From a virus (lineage: Duplodnaviria > Caudoviricetes), in IMG/VR virus record IMGVR_UViG_3300047553_000177, positions 4,686 through 68,685 of that record: 64,000 nucleotides of DNA. One strand, given 5' to 3'. Of the stretch, positions 36,528 to 47,269 are shown in pieces. The position numbers were made by a program, and so were the translations under genes. The notes under the pieces were generated by a model. The model was given only the letters and a program-made list of their open reading frames with translations, was not told the origin of the DNA and made no database searches. Positions within the stretch are counted from its first letter, which is position 1. Every line of letters begins with the position of its first letter.

Positions 36528-38738
36528 ATGTACGGACAAGCCCATATCCCAAAGCAAAGAATCCCACTAAATCAGAAAGATGAGAAGTGGAGAAAAGAAT
36601 GTGTAGATGCATTCATTAACCTATCAAAATTCGGTATTAGTGAACGTCGTAGCTACTTAAAATCTTTATACGATTACTACAACGGTGTCATCGATGAAGA
36701 GGATTACAACTATGTGCTAAAGCCTTATGGGAAAACTAGAAAGAACTTCCCATCTAAACTTAGAAACTATCCTATCATTAAGCCAATCATCGACTTATTA
36801 CTTGGGGAGAAATCTAAACGTCCGTTAGAATATTCAGTAACTGTACAAAATGCTGATTCTATAAGTTTAAAAGAGCAGGCTCTAAAAGAGTTAATGCTTA
36901 AAAATATACAATCTCAATTTATACAAGAACTTGCAGCTAAAGGAGAGTTGGAGCAACCAGAGAATATGGAACCCCCAAAACTTCCTAAGCAGATAGAAGA
37001 AGAATTCAACAGATCTTATGTAGATTCTAGAGCTATTAGAGGGCAGGCAGCTTTAAACTACTTAATGTACTTTAACGAAATATACGATAAACTACAAAAA
37101 CAGTGGTTTCACTTCTTAATTGCTGGGGAATGTTATTCACATAAAGGAGTACGTCGTAATGAACCTTTCTACGAAGTAATTAATCCACTAGACGTAGACT
37201 ACGATAAAGATCCAGACATTGACTTTGTAGAAGATGCAGATTGGGCCATTATTCGTAAATACTCACATGCATCTACTATTATAGATAACTTAGGGGAGTA
37301 TTTAACAGATGAGCAAATCTTAAATTTAGAAAACCCTACACATACATCAGCTGAAGCATATCTTTTATACAGATCAGAAGCATCAGGAGCAGATGATAAC
37401 ATCTATCGGAATAGACTGATTGAAGTTGTAACGGTATATTGGAAATCACGTAAAAGAATTGGGTTTGTAACATACAATGATCCAAATACAGGAAACTTAG
37501 AAACATTTGAAGTAGATGAAGAATATAAGCTCACAAAAGATTTAAAAGATCTTGGAGCTAAAATGGAATGGGAGTGGGTTAATGAAGTATGGGAAGGAAC
37601 TAGAGTAGATGGCTTATACTACATCAACATTCGTCCATATCTAAACCAAAGAAATAGTTTAGATAATCCATCTATTTGTAAACTTCCAATTAATGGAAGA
37701 AAGTATTCTGATATTAATTCACAAAACATATCACTTGTAAGTTTAGGGATTCCATATCAGCTAAATTACAACATTTATAAATACCGTCTTGAATTAGCAA
37801 TAGCTCGAAGTAAAGACATCATTGCTCAATTCGATATTAACATGATCCCAAAGAACTGGGACATGGATAAGTTTATGTACTTTGTAGAAGGTACGGGTAT
37901 TGCTTGGGTAGACTATAACAAAGAAGGTATTCAACTATCTCCACAGCATCAATCAGTATTAGATATGTCTATCAAGACAATCTCACAATACTTAACACTA
38001 CTTGAATCTATAATGGTAGAGTGGGAAAAGCTTAGTGGAGTAACTAGACAGCGTCAAGGTCAAATGGGTACTTATGAAGGTAAGTCTACATCACAGCAAT
38101 CCATTGTACAATCTTCTCATATTACTGAGGATCTATTCCGTAAATTCTCACACTTCGAAGAAAGAGAGTTAAGAGGATTACTAGATTACTCAAAAGAGGC
38201 TTGGTTAAATGGGAAGAAAGCTATGTTTGTAATGCCAGACGGAACAGTCGATAATGTAGATGTAGATCCACTTAATCACATGGAGACTGAGTATGGCATA
38301 TTTGTAACTGACTCTGGTAAAGATTTAGATAAGAAGATGAAGATAGAAGGATTAGCTCAAGCAGCTGTTCAAGGTGGAATGCCAATGTCATCTGTTATAT
38401 CTATATTTGAAAGTGATAGCTTCTCACAAATTAAAGATAAAATTATTCAGGCTGAGAAAACTGCAGAACAATTAAAGCAAGCTCAAGATCAAGCTATGCA
38501 AGAGCAAGAGCAACAGAAGCTACAAATGCAGCAACAGAAATTAGAACAGGATGCACTTGATAAAGAAAAAGATCGTCAAGTTCAAATTGAGACAGCTCTT
38601 ATTAATGCAGAATCTTCAGAAAAGAATTCATCAGCTACATTAGAAAAAATGATGCAAGACTTTCAGTTAAAGCAACAACAACTGCAATTAAAAGAAAGAG
38701 AGTTAGAGATTAAAGCATCACAAAATCAGAATCAATGA
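36528..38738 (+). CDS. portal protein
   Basis: 736 aa directly after TerL. NYPIIKPIIDLLLGE, WEWVNEVWEG, SGVTRQRQG and a Gln-rich C-terminal barrel. Confidence 0.88.
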   Translation: MYGQAHIPKQRIPLNQKDEKWRKECVDAFINLSKFGISERRSYLKSLYDYYNGVIDEEDYNYVLKPYGKTRKNFPSKLRNYPIIKPIIDLLLGEKSKRPLEYSVTVQNADSISLKEQALKELMLKNIQSQFIQELAAKGELEQPENMEPPKLPKQIEEEFNRSYVDSRAIRGQAALNYLMYFNEIYDKLQKQWFHFLIAGECYSHKGVRRNEPFYEVINPLDVDYDKDPDIDFVEDADWAIIRKYSHASTIIDNLGEYLTDEQILNLENPTHTSAEAYLLYRSEASGADDNIYRNRLIEVVTVYWKSRKRIGFVTYNDPNTGNLETFEVDEEYKLTKDLKDLGAKMEWEWVNEVWEGTRVDGLYYINIRPYLNQRNSLDNPSICKLPINGRKYSDINSQNISLVSLGIPYQLNYNIYKYRLELAIARSKDIIAQFDINMIPKNWDMDKFMYFVEGTGIAWVDYNKEGIQLSPQHQSVLDMSIKTISQYLTLLESIMVEWEKLSGVTRQRQGQMGTYEGKSTSQQSIVQSSHITEDLFRKFSHFEERELRGLLDYSKEAWLNGKKAMFVMPDGTVDNVDVDPLNHMETEYGIFVTDSGKDLDKKMKIEGLAQAAVQGGMPMSSVISIFESDSFSQIKDKIIQAEKTAEQLKQAQDQAMQEQEQQKLQMQQQKLEQDALDKEKDRQVQIETALINAESSEKNSSATLEKMMQDFQLKQQQLQLKERELEIKASQNQNQ

Positions 38739-39148
38739 GTTATATAAATAAGCTTAAAGAAGTAAAACAAAAAAGTTCTTCTATACCAGCATTAGTAGTA
38801 GAAATGCTAGATGCTGCTAATAAATTTCATATTCTACATTTAACAGTTACTGGTCCTGGAAGTTATTCAGCTCACAAAGCTCTTAATGAATTATATGAAT
38901 CTTTACCGGGACAAGCAGATACAATTGCTGAAGGTTACCAAGGAGTTACTGGAGAAATCTTAGATTACCCAGAAGTATCTGCCCCAAAGTTAAAATCAGT
39001 TAAAGAAGCTATAAGTTATATAGAAGAACTTCACGATAAAATCACTAAATTGCAAGACACAATTCCATACACAGAAATTGTGAATGATTTAGATGCTATA
39101 AAATCTAGTTTAAACTCTGCTAAATATAAACTTAAGTTTTTATCATAA
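38735..39148 (+). CDS. Dps/ferritin-like protein
   Basis: HILHLTVTG...HKALNELYE...DTIAE. Confidence 0.75.
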   Translation: MSYINKLKEVKQKSSSIPALVVEMLDAANKFHILHLTVTGPGSYSAHKALNELYESLPGQADTIAEGYQGVTGEILDYPEVSAPKLKSVKEAISYIEELHDKITKLQDTIPYTEIVNDLDAIKSSLNSAKYKLKFLS

Positions 39149-41064
39149 TGCTGACTAATCAAGTAAGAAGAGAACTACTTTCTAAAATGAGACAATCTGG
39201 ATTTCCAGGTAGTATATTAGACGTATACTCTGCTTACGAACAAGGTAGGGATTTAATTGATGAGTTTACTCAGCAACAAAAGCAGGCTGAGACTCAGAGA
39301 ATGTCTGATATGGCTGCACAGCAATCTGGGCTATCACAGCCAGAGCAAATGCAACAACCTCAGCCTCAACAACTACCATCTATGCCTCCAGGAATTCCAG
39401 GGGCATCCCTCCCAAAGCCACCAGAACCACAGAATCAAAACTTAGTTCAGTCACAGCTTCCACAACCTATTGGGATGTCAACGACTAAGCAGGGGCAGAA
39501 ATCTGGGCAACTACTATTTGCTAAAGGGGGATTCAAGACAGATCCTCCCCAAAATATACAGGTAGGGAATCCTGATGAGAATAGATTATATACATATAAA
39601 AATGATCCAGGATGGTTTGATAATAGAGCTGTATATAACACCAATCTTAAATACAACGATCAAATAAGACGTGCTGTATATAGTGGTAACTATGGGTACA
39701 ATCCAGTTACTGGTGTTCTTGAAAAACTATCTACGAATCAGAGAACAAAAGTTGATGCAGAGACTAAAAGAAGAGAAGCAGAAGGAGAGAATAAAAAAGC
39801 ATATAACGAATCGATAGTTGCAGCAGGGTTTAATCCAGAGACATTTGCAAAGCCTACTGCAGAGGAAGAAAAAGCATATCAAGACAGAATCTTAAAAGAT
39901 TACATAATACAAGGGCATAACTTAGCAATTAATAACCCTGCATTTAAAGCAGCTGCTTACTTTACTCCTGCTGGGATGGCATTAGGGGCTATAGAAGGTG
40001 CTGCACACCTTGGTGTAGATGCCGGTAAATTTATACAAAATCCAAGTTGGAAAAATGCAGGAGCTGTTGGTATGGACGCTTTAATGGCTTTTCCACTAGC
40101 TAAGCCTGCTTTAAATCCTACGTTAAATGAAATAAAGGCTACTATAAGGTCTAGTAAAAAATCTAGAATGCAGTCTCTAGCTGATGCAAATAAATGGTCA
40201 GAAGAATGGGCAAGTCATCCTGGTACATTTGAAAGATTTAAACAAGCTCTTATTGAGGCTAATAAAACTGATCCAGCTCTTGCAAGAGAAATGGCAAAAG
40301 ATTTTGATACAGCTTTTAAGTTTAAAGGAAGAGCTGCAGAATATCCATTAGGGATGCAAATTTTAGAAGGCCCAATACATAAAGGTAACTCAGGTGTTTC
40401 GTATATACACGGATATCCTAGAGATACTTATAAATTCTTTTTAGAGAACTATCCTGAAGGAAAAACATCTATGATGGATAGGGTAACAAATCCTCAAAGA
40501 CAACTTACAGCAAATTGGGTAAGTAGAACATTAAGTCCTGAGGAACGAGTTAGTACTGCAATACATGAAAACACTCATGACTGGATCCCAAATTATCTTC
40601 TAAAATCATCTGGACAAGAGAAAATGTTTTTAGATAATTTAAGTGAAACAGGTAAAGAATTCTCAGATGCATATAGAGCTTTAGAAGCAGAGGGAAAAAC
40701 AACCCAACAAATAGAAAACATACTAGGACGAGAAAAGGCATATGCAGGATATTTAACGGATCCTACAGAGATACATGCAAGAACTATGGAATTAAGAAAG
40801 CAATATGGAATAACTCCTAGTGATAAGATATCTCAAGAATTTTCAGATCAAATATTAGACGATGTTTTAACTAATAAAACTCAAGTAGATCCAGCATTTG
40901 GATATATGGTATCTAATAAAGGTTTTAACAACATTATGAATAAAGCATTTGGAGTAACTGGAGTTGGAGGAGCAGGATACCTAATGAGTAAACAACAAAA
41001 GAAGAAGGGGGGATTTAAAGATTGTTATACCTGTAGCAGATTAAAGAAATATTCAAAAAAATAA
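39148..41064 (+). CDS. modular virion-associated protein with zincin-like domain
   Basis: Q/P-rich linker, AIHENTHD (HExxH) plus PTEIHAR, and C-terminal KKGGFKDCYTC. Confidence 0.55.
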   Translation: MLTNQVRRELLSKMRQSGFPGSILDVYSAYEQGRDLIDEFTQQQKQAETQRMSDMAAQQSGLSQPEQMQQPQPQQLPSMPPGIPGASLPKPPEPQNQNLVQSQLPQPIGMSTTKQGQKSGQLLFAKGGFKTDPPQNIQVGNPDENRLYTYKNDPGWFDNRAVYNTNLKYNDQIRRAVYSGNYGYNPVTGVLEKLSTNQRTKVDAETKRREAEGENKKAYNESIVAAGFNPETFAKPTAEEEKAYQDRILKDYIIQGHNLAINNPAFKAAAYFTPAGMALGAIEGAAHLGVDAGKFIQNPSWKNAGAVGMDALMAFPLAKPALNPTLNEIKATIRSSKKSRMQSLADANKWSEEWASHPGTFERFKQALIEANKTDPALAREMAKDFDTAFKFKGRAAEYPLGMQILEGPIHKGNSGVSYIHGYPRDTYKFFLENYPEGKTSMMDRVTNPQRQLTANWVSRTLSPEERVSTAIHENTHDWIPNYLLKSSGQEKMFLDNLSETGKEFSDAYRALEAEGKTTQQIENILGREKAYAGYLTDPTEIHARTMELRKQYGITPSDKISQEFSDQILDDVLTNKTQVDPAFGYMVSNKGFNNIMNKAFGVTGVGGAGYLMSKQQKKKGGFKDCYTCSRLKKYSKK

Positions 41065-41067
41065 ATT

Positions 41068-42549
41068 ATGGCAAATAAGATTTTACCCACGTTTGGTAAA
41101 CGACTAAACTACATTTGGAATCCAAAGGTGTACACGTCATTGTATGGTCAAGACATCAGATTTGGTGAAAGAGACGGTGATGGTTTGCAGTATACAGATC
41201 CTTATCAAGAAAAAAGCTTTTATAGAAATGCAGAGTATCCTGATTATGATGATGTAGCTTTAAGGTCTAGATCTAGGGGGAACTACGCAGATGCTGTAGT
41301 TGTTAATGGAGAAGAATATTTAGTAGATCATCCTAAAAGAGGTCCTCATAAGGGTTATGGTATAGTTGAAATACCCAACAAGGGATTGTTTAGAGTAGAC
41401 TATAGATCTGGTAAACCAGAGCTAAGAAGAGCTCCTACTGTATTTAAAGATGGAGGTATAGGTGATCCAATAAAAGCAAATCCAGCTCGAAATCAACCAT
41501 TTCCAAGTTACTATGAATCTAACAAAGAAGCCTTTGATGCAGCAGATCAAGCAGCTAGGTCTTATATGACTGATTGGTTTGACAAAAGAGCTACCCTTAC
41601 AAATCCAGATGGTACTCAAAAATATACTGCTGCTCCTTATATGTCTGATTACTTAAAAAAATCTGGACAGTCTGTATATATACCTCAAGGAGGATCTTTA
41701 TCTAAAACAGGTACAGGAGATGCAGGAGGTTTAGCTTCTAGTCCTAATTATAACTTACCAATGCCTGGCCCAGGATCCTCACAAAGAGATGTAGATTACT
41801 ATAATGAACTAGGTAAGAATCCTTTTTCATATGCTACTGAAGGTATGGAAAAGATTAGAGAAGGATTAGGGAGAAAAGCATCAGACTTAGGAAATACACA
41901 AGTAAATACAGCTTATTATTTTGCTAATCCCGACTATCAGGGGAATATAGTAGATTATGGTACACAGCCAACAACTCAATTAGAAGAGCAGCTACACCTT
42001 GCATCTAACTATGGAGAGTTTAAAGATCCTACCCATAAAAGTTTATTTACAGATAAAGATATTACAAGTGCTATAAATGCTAAAAATATATCAAAAATGG
42101 GGTATGCAGGTATGAATGGAAATGAAGCATACTTTGGAAATACACAAGAATTTTATCCTAGACTAATGTCAGCTAGAAGAACGTTTGGGCTTGATCCTGC
42201 TAAAGAGTATAGTGCTGAAGATATGAGTAAATTTTTAGATGAAGGGTATAATAAAATTATAGGTAATAAATACACTGAACCAGGGCAAAAAGAGCATCTA
42301 ATAGAATTTTATAAGCAATTAGGATATCCTACCCCTAGTTCTCAATTTATGCAAAACAATCCAAGTCAAGAACAAATAGACTCTGCAAAGAAAAAAGCTG
42401 CAGAAAATTTTAGATTAACAAATGAAAAATTTGCAATGAATGATGCTGAAGATAAAATATTTAGAGGAAGAAAAGGTGGCTTCCCATGTTACACTTGCAA
42501 AAGCTTAAAATCAGAAGTAACTAAAAAGTTTAACGGAAAGAAAAAATAG
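41068..42549 (+). CDS. paralogous modular protein with degenerate zincin-like domain
   Basis: LEEQLH plus QEFYPRL, and C-terminal RKGGFPCYTC. Confidence 0.5.
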   Translation: MANKILPTFGKRLNYIWNPKVYTSLYGQDIRFGERDGDGLQYTDPYQEKSFYRNAEYPDYDDVALRSRSRGNYADAVVVNGEEYLVDHPKRGPHKGYGIVEIPNKGLFRVDYRSGKPELRRAPTVFKDGGIGDPIKANPARNQPFPSYYESNKEAFDAADQAARSYMTDWFDKRATLTNPDGTQKYTAAPYMSDYLKKSGQSVYIPQGGSLSKTGTGDAGGLASSPNYNLPMPGPGSSQRDVDYYNELGKNPFSYATEGMEKIREGLGRKASDLGNTQVNTAYYFANPDYQGNIVDYGTQPTTQLEEQLHLASNYGEFKDPTHKSLFTDKDITSAINAKNISKMGYAGMNGNEAYFGNTQEFYPRLMSARRTFGLDPAKEYSAEDMSKFLDEGYNKIIGNKYTEPGQKEHLIEFYKQLGYPTPSSQFMQNNPSQEQIDSAKKKAAENFRLTNEKFAMNDAEDKIFRGRKGGFPCYTCKSLKSEVTKKFNGKKK

Positions 42550-42551
42550 CA

Positions 42552-42623
42552 AGTGTTATATATTAATCAAAACTATAAAAAATAAATTTATAGTTTTACG
42601 TATAAAGTAAACCAATACCTTTG
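42552..42623 (+). promoter_or_regulatory. late promoter of the capsid operon (AGTGTTATATATTAA box plus TACCTTTG)
   Basis: -7 element at 42616, ATG 5 nt downstream. Confidence 0.6.
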
Positions 42624-42628
42624 TATAT

Positions 42629-43729
42629 ATGGCAAAACAAGACACAAAACTAAATTTCTCAGACATCACATTCGACGACGTAATGGGTGATGGAATTGAG
42701 GCCTCTACAGATAAAGATCTTAGAGATGAAAACATTGACAATCAAGATGATCTAGAAGATCAAGAGGAGGAGGAAGAAGAAGATGTTCATGAAGATGAAC
42801 CAGAAAACTCTTACGATGACGACTCTTATGATGATGACAATGAAGAAGATGAAGACGATGATGAAGAATCCAGTGCTTCCAGTACAATTGCAGATTCAAT
42901 AGCTAAAGCTTTGGGCTTTGAGTTAGAAAATGATTATGCAGATACAGAAGAAGGATTAATCGAATTCACTAAAGACATTGCTCAGAACATTGCAGAAGAG
43001 CAGATTCAAGAATTATTCTCTCAATTCCCAACTGTACAAAAACACTTAGATTTTGTACTAGCTGGTGGAGACCCAGAAAGATTCTTCGAAGCTTATAACC
43101 CTTCTCTAGATTACAGCAACATTGAAATCGACAAGAATGACACTAGAACTCAAAAAGGATTTGTAGCAGAATTCTTTAAAACTAAAGGTCATGATGAAGA
43201 ATTCATTAAAGAGATGCTAGATGAATTTGAAGACTCTGGGAAGCTTTTTGATAAAGCTATGCATGCTAAAAAACAATTAGCAACATTGCAAGCAAAAGAA
43301 AGAGAGCAACTTGTACAGTATCAAAGACAACAGCAAGCTGCTGAGTACCAAAGACAACAAGAATTTTGGGAAGAGATAGCTGGAAAAATTGATAGTGGAA
43401 ATGAGTTTGCAGGAATTCGTATCCCGGATCGTGAGAAAGCTAAGTTTTTCGATTATATATCTGCTCCTGTAGATAAAAGTGGAAGAACTAGAAGAGACGT
43501 TGACTATGCTCAATCTAATGTTGAGGTAAAGCTAGCTCTAGATTATTTGATGTATAAAGGATTAAAGATTGAAGATATTATTAACACAAAAGCTAAAACA
43601 CAAAGTGTTAAAAGTCTAAGAGATAAAATCCAAAATCATCAAGAGAAAATTAAGAATTACGGTAAAGCCGATAAAAAAATAAAAACATTTGATCCAGACC
43701 AACTGGACATGAAGAAGCTGTTTGAATAA
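42629..43729 (+). CDS. acidic putative capsid scaffolding protein
   Basis: D/E-rich N-terminus, coiled coil, directly upstream of the MCP as in crAss-like phages. Confidence 0.65.
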   Translation: MAKQDTKLNFSDITFDDVMGDGIEASTDKDLRDENIDNQDDLEDQEEEEEEDVHEDEPENSYDDDSYDDDNEEDEDDDEESSASSTIADSIAKALGFELENDYADTEEGLIEFTKDIAQNIAEEQIQELFSQFPTVQKHLDFVLAGGDPERFFEAYNPSLDYSNIEIDKNDTRTQKGFVAEFFKTKGHDEEFIKEMLDEFEDSGKLFDKAMHAKKQLATLQAKEREQLVQYQRQQQAAEYQRQQEFWEEIAGKIDSGNEFAGIRIPDREKAKFFDYISAPVDKSGRTRRDVDYAQSNVEVKLALDYLMYKGLKIEDIINTKAKTQSVKSLRDKIQNHQEKIKNYGKADKKIKTFDPDQLDMKKLFE

Positions 43730-43761
43730 AACGCAATTTAACTTTTAAAAAATAAAGAATC

Positions 43762-45177
43762 ATGGCACTAATGCAAGTACTTAAAACGTACTATAACGAT
43801 GCACAAATGACCGACACAAACTCGTTGGTTAATGCTCTTATGGAACGTCCTGAGGAGTTATCTCCTATTATCACTCACTTGGCTGGTCGTGAAGAGAAGA
43901 AGTTCCCACTATCTTTCTTAACAGAAGGTGTTGGTAACACTAAATCTATCGACCGCTACGAATATGAATATCGTGTTAAAACTCACGAAATCAATGTTCG
44001 TCCTGTTATCGCAAGTTCTGGTGTAGGAACTGGTGGAGCACCTTTCACTCTTACCTTCCCAGACAAATGGTTTATTTTCCCTTACACTTTGGTTTCTCAG
44101 TCTGGTGTTTTAGCTCGTATTATGAATGAGCCAATTGCTGACGGAGCTGGTTGGAAATATACCTTAAAATTAGTTTCTCCAGATGTATCTGCAGTTCCTG
44201 CTGCTGATGTAGCTGATGGAGCTTTGTGGGGTCAGTTGTTTGCTAACGTGGGAATAGATTTCTCTCGTGGTAATGCTTCTAACTGGACTGCACCTGGTCT
44301 AGTTCGTTCTAAAATCGGAACTATCCGTAAATCTTATCACTTTGCTGGTAATGCTAAAGATTATGTTGCTCAATTCGAGCTTCCATTAAAAGAAGGTAGC
44401 AAAACTAAATTGTGGATGGATTACGAAGAGTACCGTCACATGTTGAAGTTCAAAGAAGAATGTGAAATGTACTACTGGTACGGTCAAAAAACTCACGATG
44501 CAAATGGTACTTCTACCATGCTTGATGAGAATGGTCAGCCAGTTATTTCAGGTCCTGGACTTCTTGAGCAAATCATCAATAAAGATACTTACTCAACTCT
44601 TACTCAAGCTAAGATTGAAGAAACTATCGGTGACTTGTTCTATGGTATGACTGACGCTACTGACAAGCAAGTTACTTTGTACACTGGTGTAGGTGGAGCT
44701 CGTGAATTTGACCGTGCTCTTAAATCTTACTATACTACAAACACTTACTTACAAACTACTCAGCCTACCTTCATCACAGGTTCTGGTCGTAACTTAGGTA
44801 TCACTGGTTACTTCACTACTTATGAGCACGTTGATGGACATAGAGTTAACGTAGTTAAATCTCCTTTATTTGATCATGGTCCTGTTGCTCAAGCTTCTAA
44901 GAAACACCCAGTTTCTGGATTGCCACTTGAGTCTTACCGTATGGTGTTTGTTGACCAATCTACTTATGATGGTGAAAACAACCTTCAAATGATCAACAAG
45001 AAAGGCCGTGAAATGCTTCGTTGGTGTGTTGCTGGTTCAGTAGTTCCAAAAGGATTTACTGGAAACGACACTCGTGCAAGTGATATTGACGGTGCATCTG
45101 TTCACATGTTAAAGACTGCTGGTATCTTACTTCGTCGTTTCGATACTAGTTTGGATTTACAATGTGTTGCATCGTAA
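43762..45177 (+). CDS. major capsid protein
   Basis: 471 aa, strong high-expression codon bias (CGT/GGT/ACT), GPGLLEQI, position after the scaffold-like gene, followed by a terminator. Confidence 0.88.
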   Translation: MALMQVLKTYYNDAQMTDTNSLVNALMERPEELSPIITHLAGREEKKFPLSFLTEGVGNTKSIDRYEYEYRVKTHEINVRPVIASSGVGTGGAPFTLTFPDKWFIFPYTLVSQSGVLARIMNEPIADGAGWKYTLKLVSPDVSAVPAADVADGALWGQLFANVGIDFSRGNASNWTAPGLVRSKIGTIRKSYHFAGNAKDYVAQFELPLKEGSKTKLWMDYEEYRHMLKFKEECEMYYWYGQKTHDANGTSTMLDENGQPVISGPGLLEQIINKDTYSTLTQAKIEETIGDLFYGMTDATDKQVTLYTGVGGAREFDRALKSYYTTNTYLQTTQPTFITGSGRNLGITGYFTTYEHVDGHRVNVVKSPLFDHGPVAQASKKHPVSGLPLESYRMVFVDQSTYDGENNLQMINKKGREMLRWCVAGSVVPKGFTGNDTRASDIDGASVHMLKTAGILLRRFDTSLDLQCVAS

Positions 45178-45198
45178 TTGTGTTTTTGGTTTGCATAT

Positions 45199-45232
45199 AA
45201 AAAGGGGGCAGGAAAGCCTGCCTCCCTTTTTT
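45199..45232 (+). terminator. intrinsic terminator after the MCP
   Basis: GGGGGCAGG-AAAG-CCTGCCTCCC-TTTTTT. Confidence 0.85.
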
Positions 45233-45286
45233 AAACTATAAAAAACTTAGGTTATTCTTCCTAAGGATAAGAAAAAGAACAATAAA

Positions 45287-46090
45287 ATGAAAGTAATTAT
45301 TAGAAGAAAAGAGGTGTTGAATCACCTTCCCAAGGAAATCCGTGCAGGAGCCAAGGTAAAAATCGGTTCACTATTTGTGAATCGTCTTCCACTCAAAGGA
45401 TTGGATGGAGAAGAGGAAAACAAAGTACTCTCTAAAGTAATTGACGTACCACCTGGACATGAAAAGTGGCCAGAGAAAACCAAAGACTTCTGGGCAAGTT
45501 TAAGTTTAAAAGTTCCTTTCGAAGGAGTAGAACTTGATCTTAGCAAAGATGATAATGGGATGCCGTATAATGTAATGGATTATATCTATTACAGCTGGTG
45601 TAAAAAGCATAGACAAGTTGCTATGTCAGAAGAGGAGATGAAAAGTGATGGATCTAAAAGATTCTACATTTACGATCCTCAAAAAGACTTGATTAAGAAG
45701 AACACTAGAGTTCAAGTTAAGAAAGAAGCTGACAAAGAATTTATTAAGCTTGGAGACAATAAGGATAAGATGAAGATGCTTGTAAGAGTATTGATGAATG
45801 CAGATCCAGAACGTCTTTCAGACTTAGAACTTGAAAACAGCTTATACGACTATAAAGAAGATAATGCAGAAAGATTCTTGAAATACTGTAAAGATGACAA
45901 TTTAGAAATCAGAGCAGAAATTGAAGAAATGGTTGAGAAAGGAGTAATTCGTAAGATTGGTAATCAACATATCCATGAAGATGATACAATCGGAGAAGAT
46001 ATTAAAGACACAATCGTTTACTTCAAGAACAAGAAAAATTCTGGTGCTGTTAATGTAATGAGAGCTAAACTTAAAGACTTACAATACTAA
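45287..46090 (+). CDS. conserved crAss-like protein downstream of the MCP
   Basis: 267 aa, called from gene order. Confidence 0.55.
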   Translation: MKVIIRRKEVLNHLPKEIRAGAKVKIGSLFVNRLPLKGLDGEEENKVLSKVIDVPPGHEKWPEKTKDFWASLSLKVPFEGVELDLSKDDNGMPYNVMDYIYYSWCKKHRQVAMSEEEMKSDGSKRFYIYDPQKDLIKKNTRVQVKKEADKEFIKLGDNKDKMKMLVRVLMNADPERLSDLELENSLYDYKEDNAERFLKYCKDDNLEIRAEIEEMVEKGVIRKIGNQHIHEDDTIGEDIKDTIVYFKNKKNSGAVNVMRAKLKDLQY

Positions 46091-46101
46091 ACTAACTGTT
46101 A

Positions 46102-47232
46102 ATGACTGTTAACGAAATGCATATAGCTGTCAACCTGGGGGTGCAAAAAATTGCATCCTTTCAGGTTGATAACCTTTTACCTCAAGAGATAGATCATGAG
46201 CTAAACTTAGCTATGACTAGATTTGTTAAACAGAGGTATAGTGCTATGTCTAATAGATATGGTAGAGGTTTCGAACAGTCACAGAAACGTATTGATGATT
46301 TAAGAACTCTTGTGGTAGAGCATACAGGAATTACAAGCTATCAAGGTGTAGTATTTAACTCAAACTACTCAGATATCTACATAGATAGATATACCTTCCC
46401 ACTAGATTATCTATTCTTAGTATCTGTAAGAGCTAAAGTAGAATATGAATGTAACACTAATATTCAGTCTTTAATTGACACTACTGAGACAACAACAGAT
46501 GTAGTTAAAGTAAATTTAACTCCTCCTCAGTCTGGATATTATATTACAGATATATATGGATATGATACTTCAGGAAACTTAGTACAATTAACTAACTCTA
46601 GTTCTAATGAAATAACTCATGATATACTTGTAAATAGTGAAAACTATTTTCACGGTATAATTCCTATGACAAACTTCCCTTATGAAGAATCTCTTGGAAC
46701 AAGTGTTCATATAAGTCCTATTGCTGATAGTAATAGTATATTCTTAATGAATCCAGCAGGATGGAGTAGTGCAAGTTTTAGTTCAAGTGGAGGGCAATTT
46801 GTAGAAGTAAGATGGACAAATGGAGATGGGGCTTATTTAACAACTTACTCTGACACCAGAGAAACATATATTTTAACAAATAGAACATATGCAGGTGGAA
46901 GTACTAGAATAAGTTTAGTTAAATTTGCACAGCATGATGACATATTATATATGTTAGATGACCCATTTAATAGAGTAGATTATAAGACACCTTTGTACAC
47001 AATAGAAGAAAATTATATTGACGTGCATACAGATAACGAATTTGTGGTCCCCGAAGTTACTATTAAGTATATTCGTAGACCTGATGACATCTCAATAATT
47101 AATGGTATTGGGTGTGAACTTCCAGAACACACTCATACAGAAATTGTAGAGATGACTATAAAAAGCATACTTGAGGGAATACAAGACCCTAGGTATCAAA
47201 CTCAAACAATGGAAACATTCGAGAGTGAATAA
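46102..47232 (+). CDS. tail ring / head-tail connector protein
   Basis: EIDHELNLA, GFEQSQKRIDDLRTL, YIRRP and CELPEHTHTEIV pattern of crAss ring proteins. Confidence 0.7.
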   Translation: MTVNEMHIAVNLGVQKIASFQVDNLLPQEIDHELNLAMTRFVKQRYSAMSNRYGRGFEQSQKRIDDLRTLVVEHTGITSYQGVVFNSNYSDIYIDRYTFPLDYLFLVSVRAKVEYECNTNIQSLIDTTETTTDVVKVNLTPPQSGYYITDIYGYDTSGNLVQLTNSSSNEITHDILVNSENYFHGIIPMTNFPYEESLGTSVHISPIADSNSIFLMNPAGWSSASFSSSGGQFVEVRWTNGDGAYLTTYSDTRETYILTNRTYAGGSTRISLVKFAQHDDILYMLDDPFNRVDYKTPLYTIEENYIDVHTDNEFVVPEVTIKYIRRPDDISIINGIGCELPEHTHTEIVEMTIKSILEGIQDPRYQTQTMETFESE

Positions 47233-47269
47233 TTAAATAAATGTTTAACTGCCTAAAACTTAAATTAAA

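Noticed and set aside
42740-42870. GAT/GAA-rich low-complexity repeat
   Set aside because: It simply encodes the acidic tract of the scaffold-like protein.
22230-45177. Introns or inteins in polA, terL or the MCP gene
   Set aside because: The ORFs are continuous and of normal length, with no intein or homing-endonuclease motifs seen.
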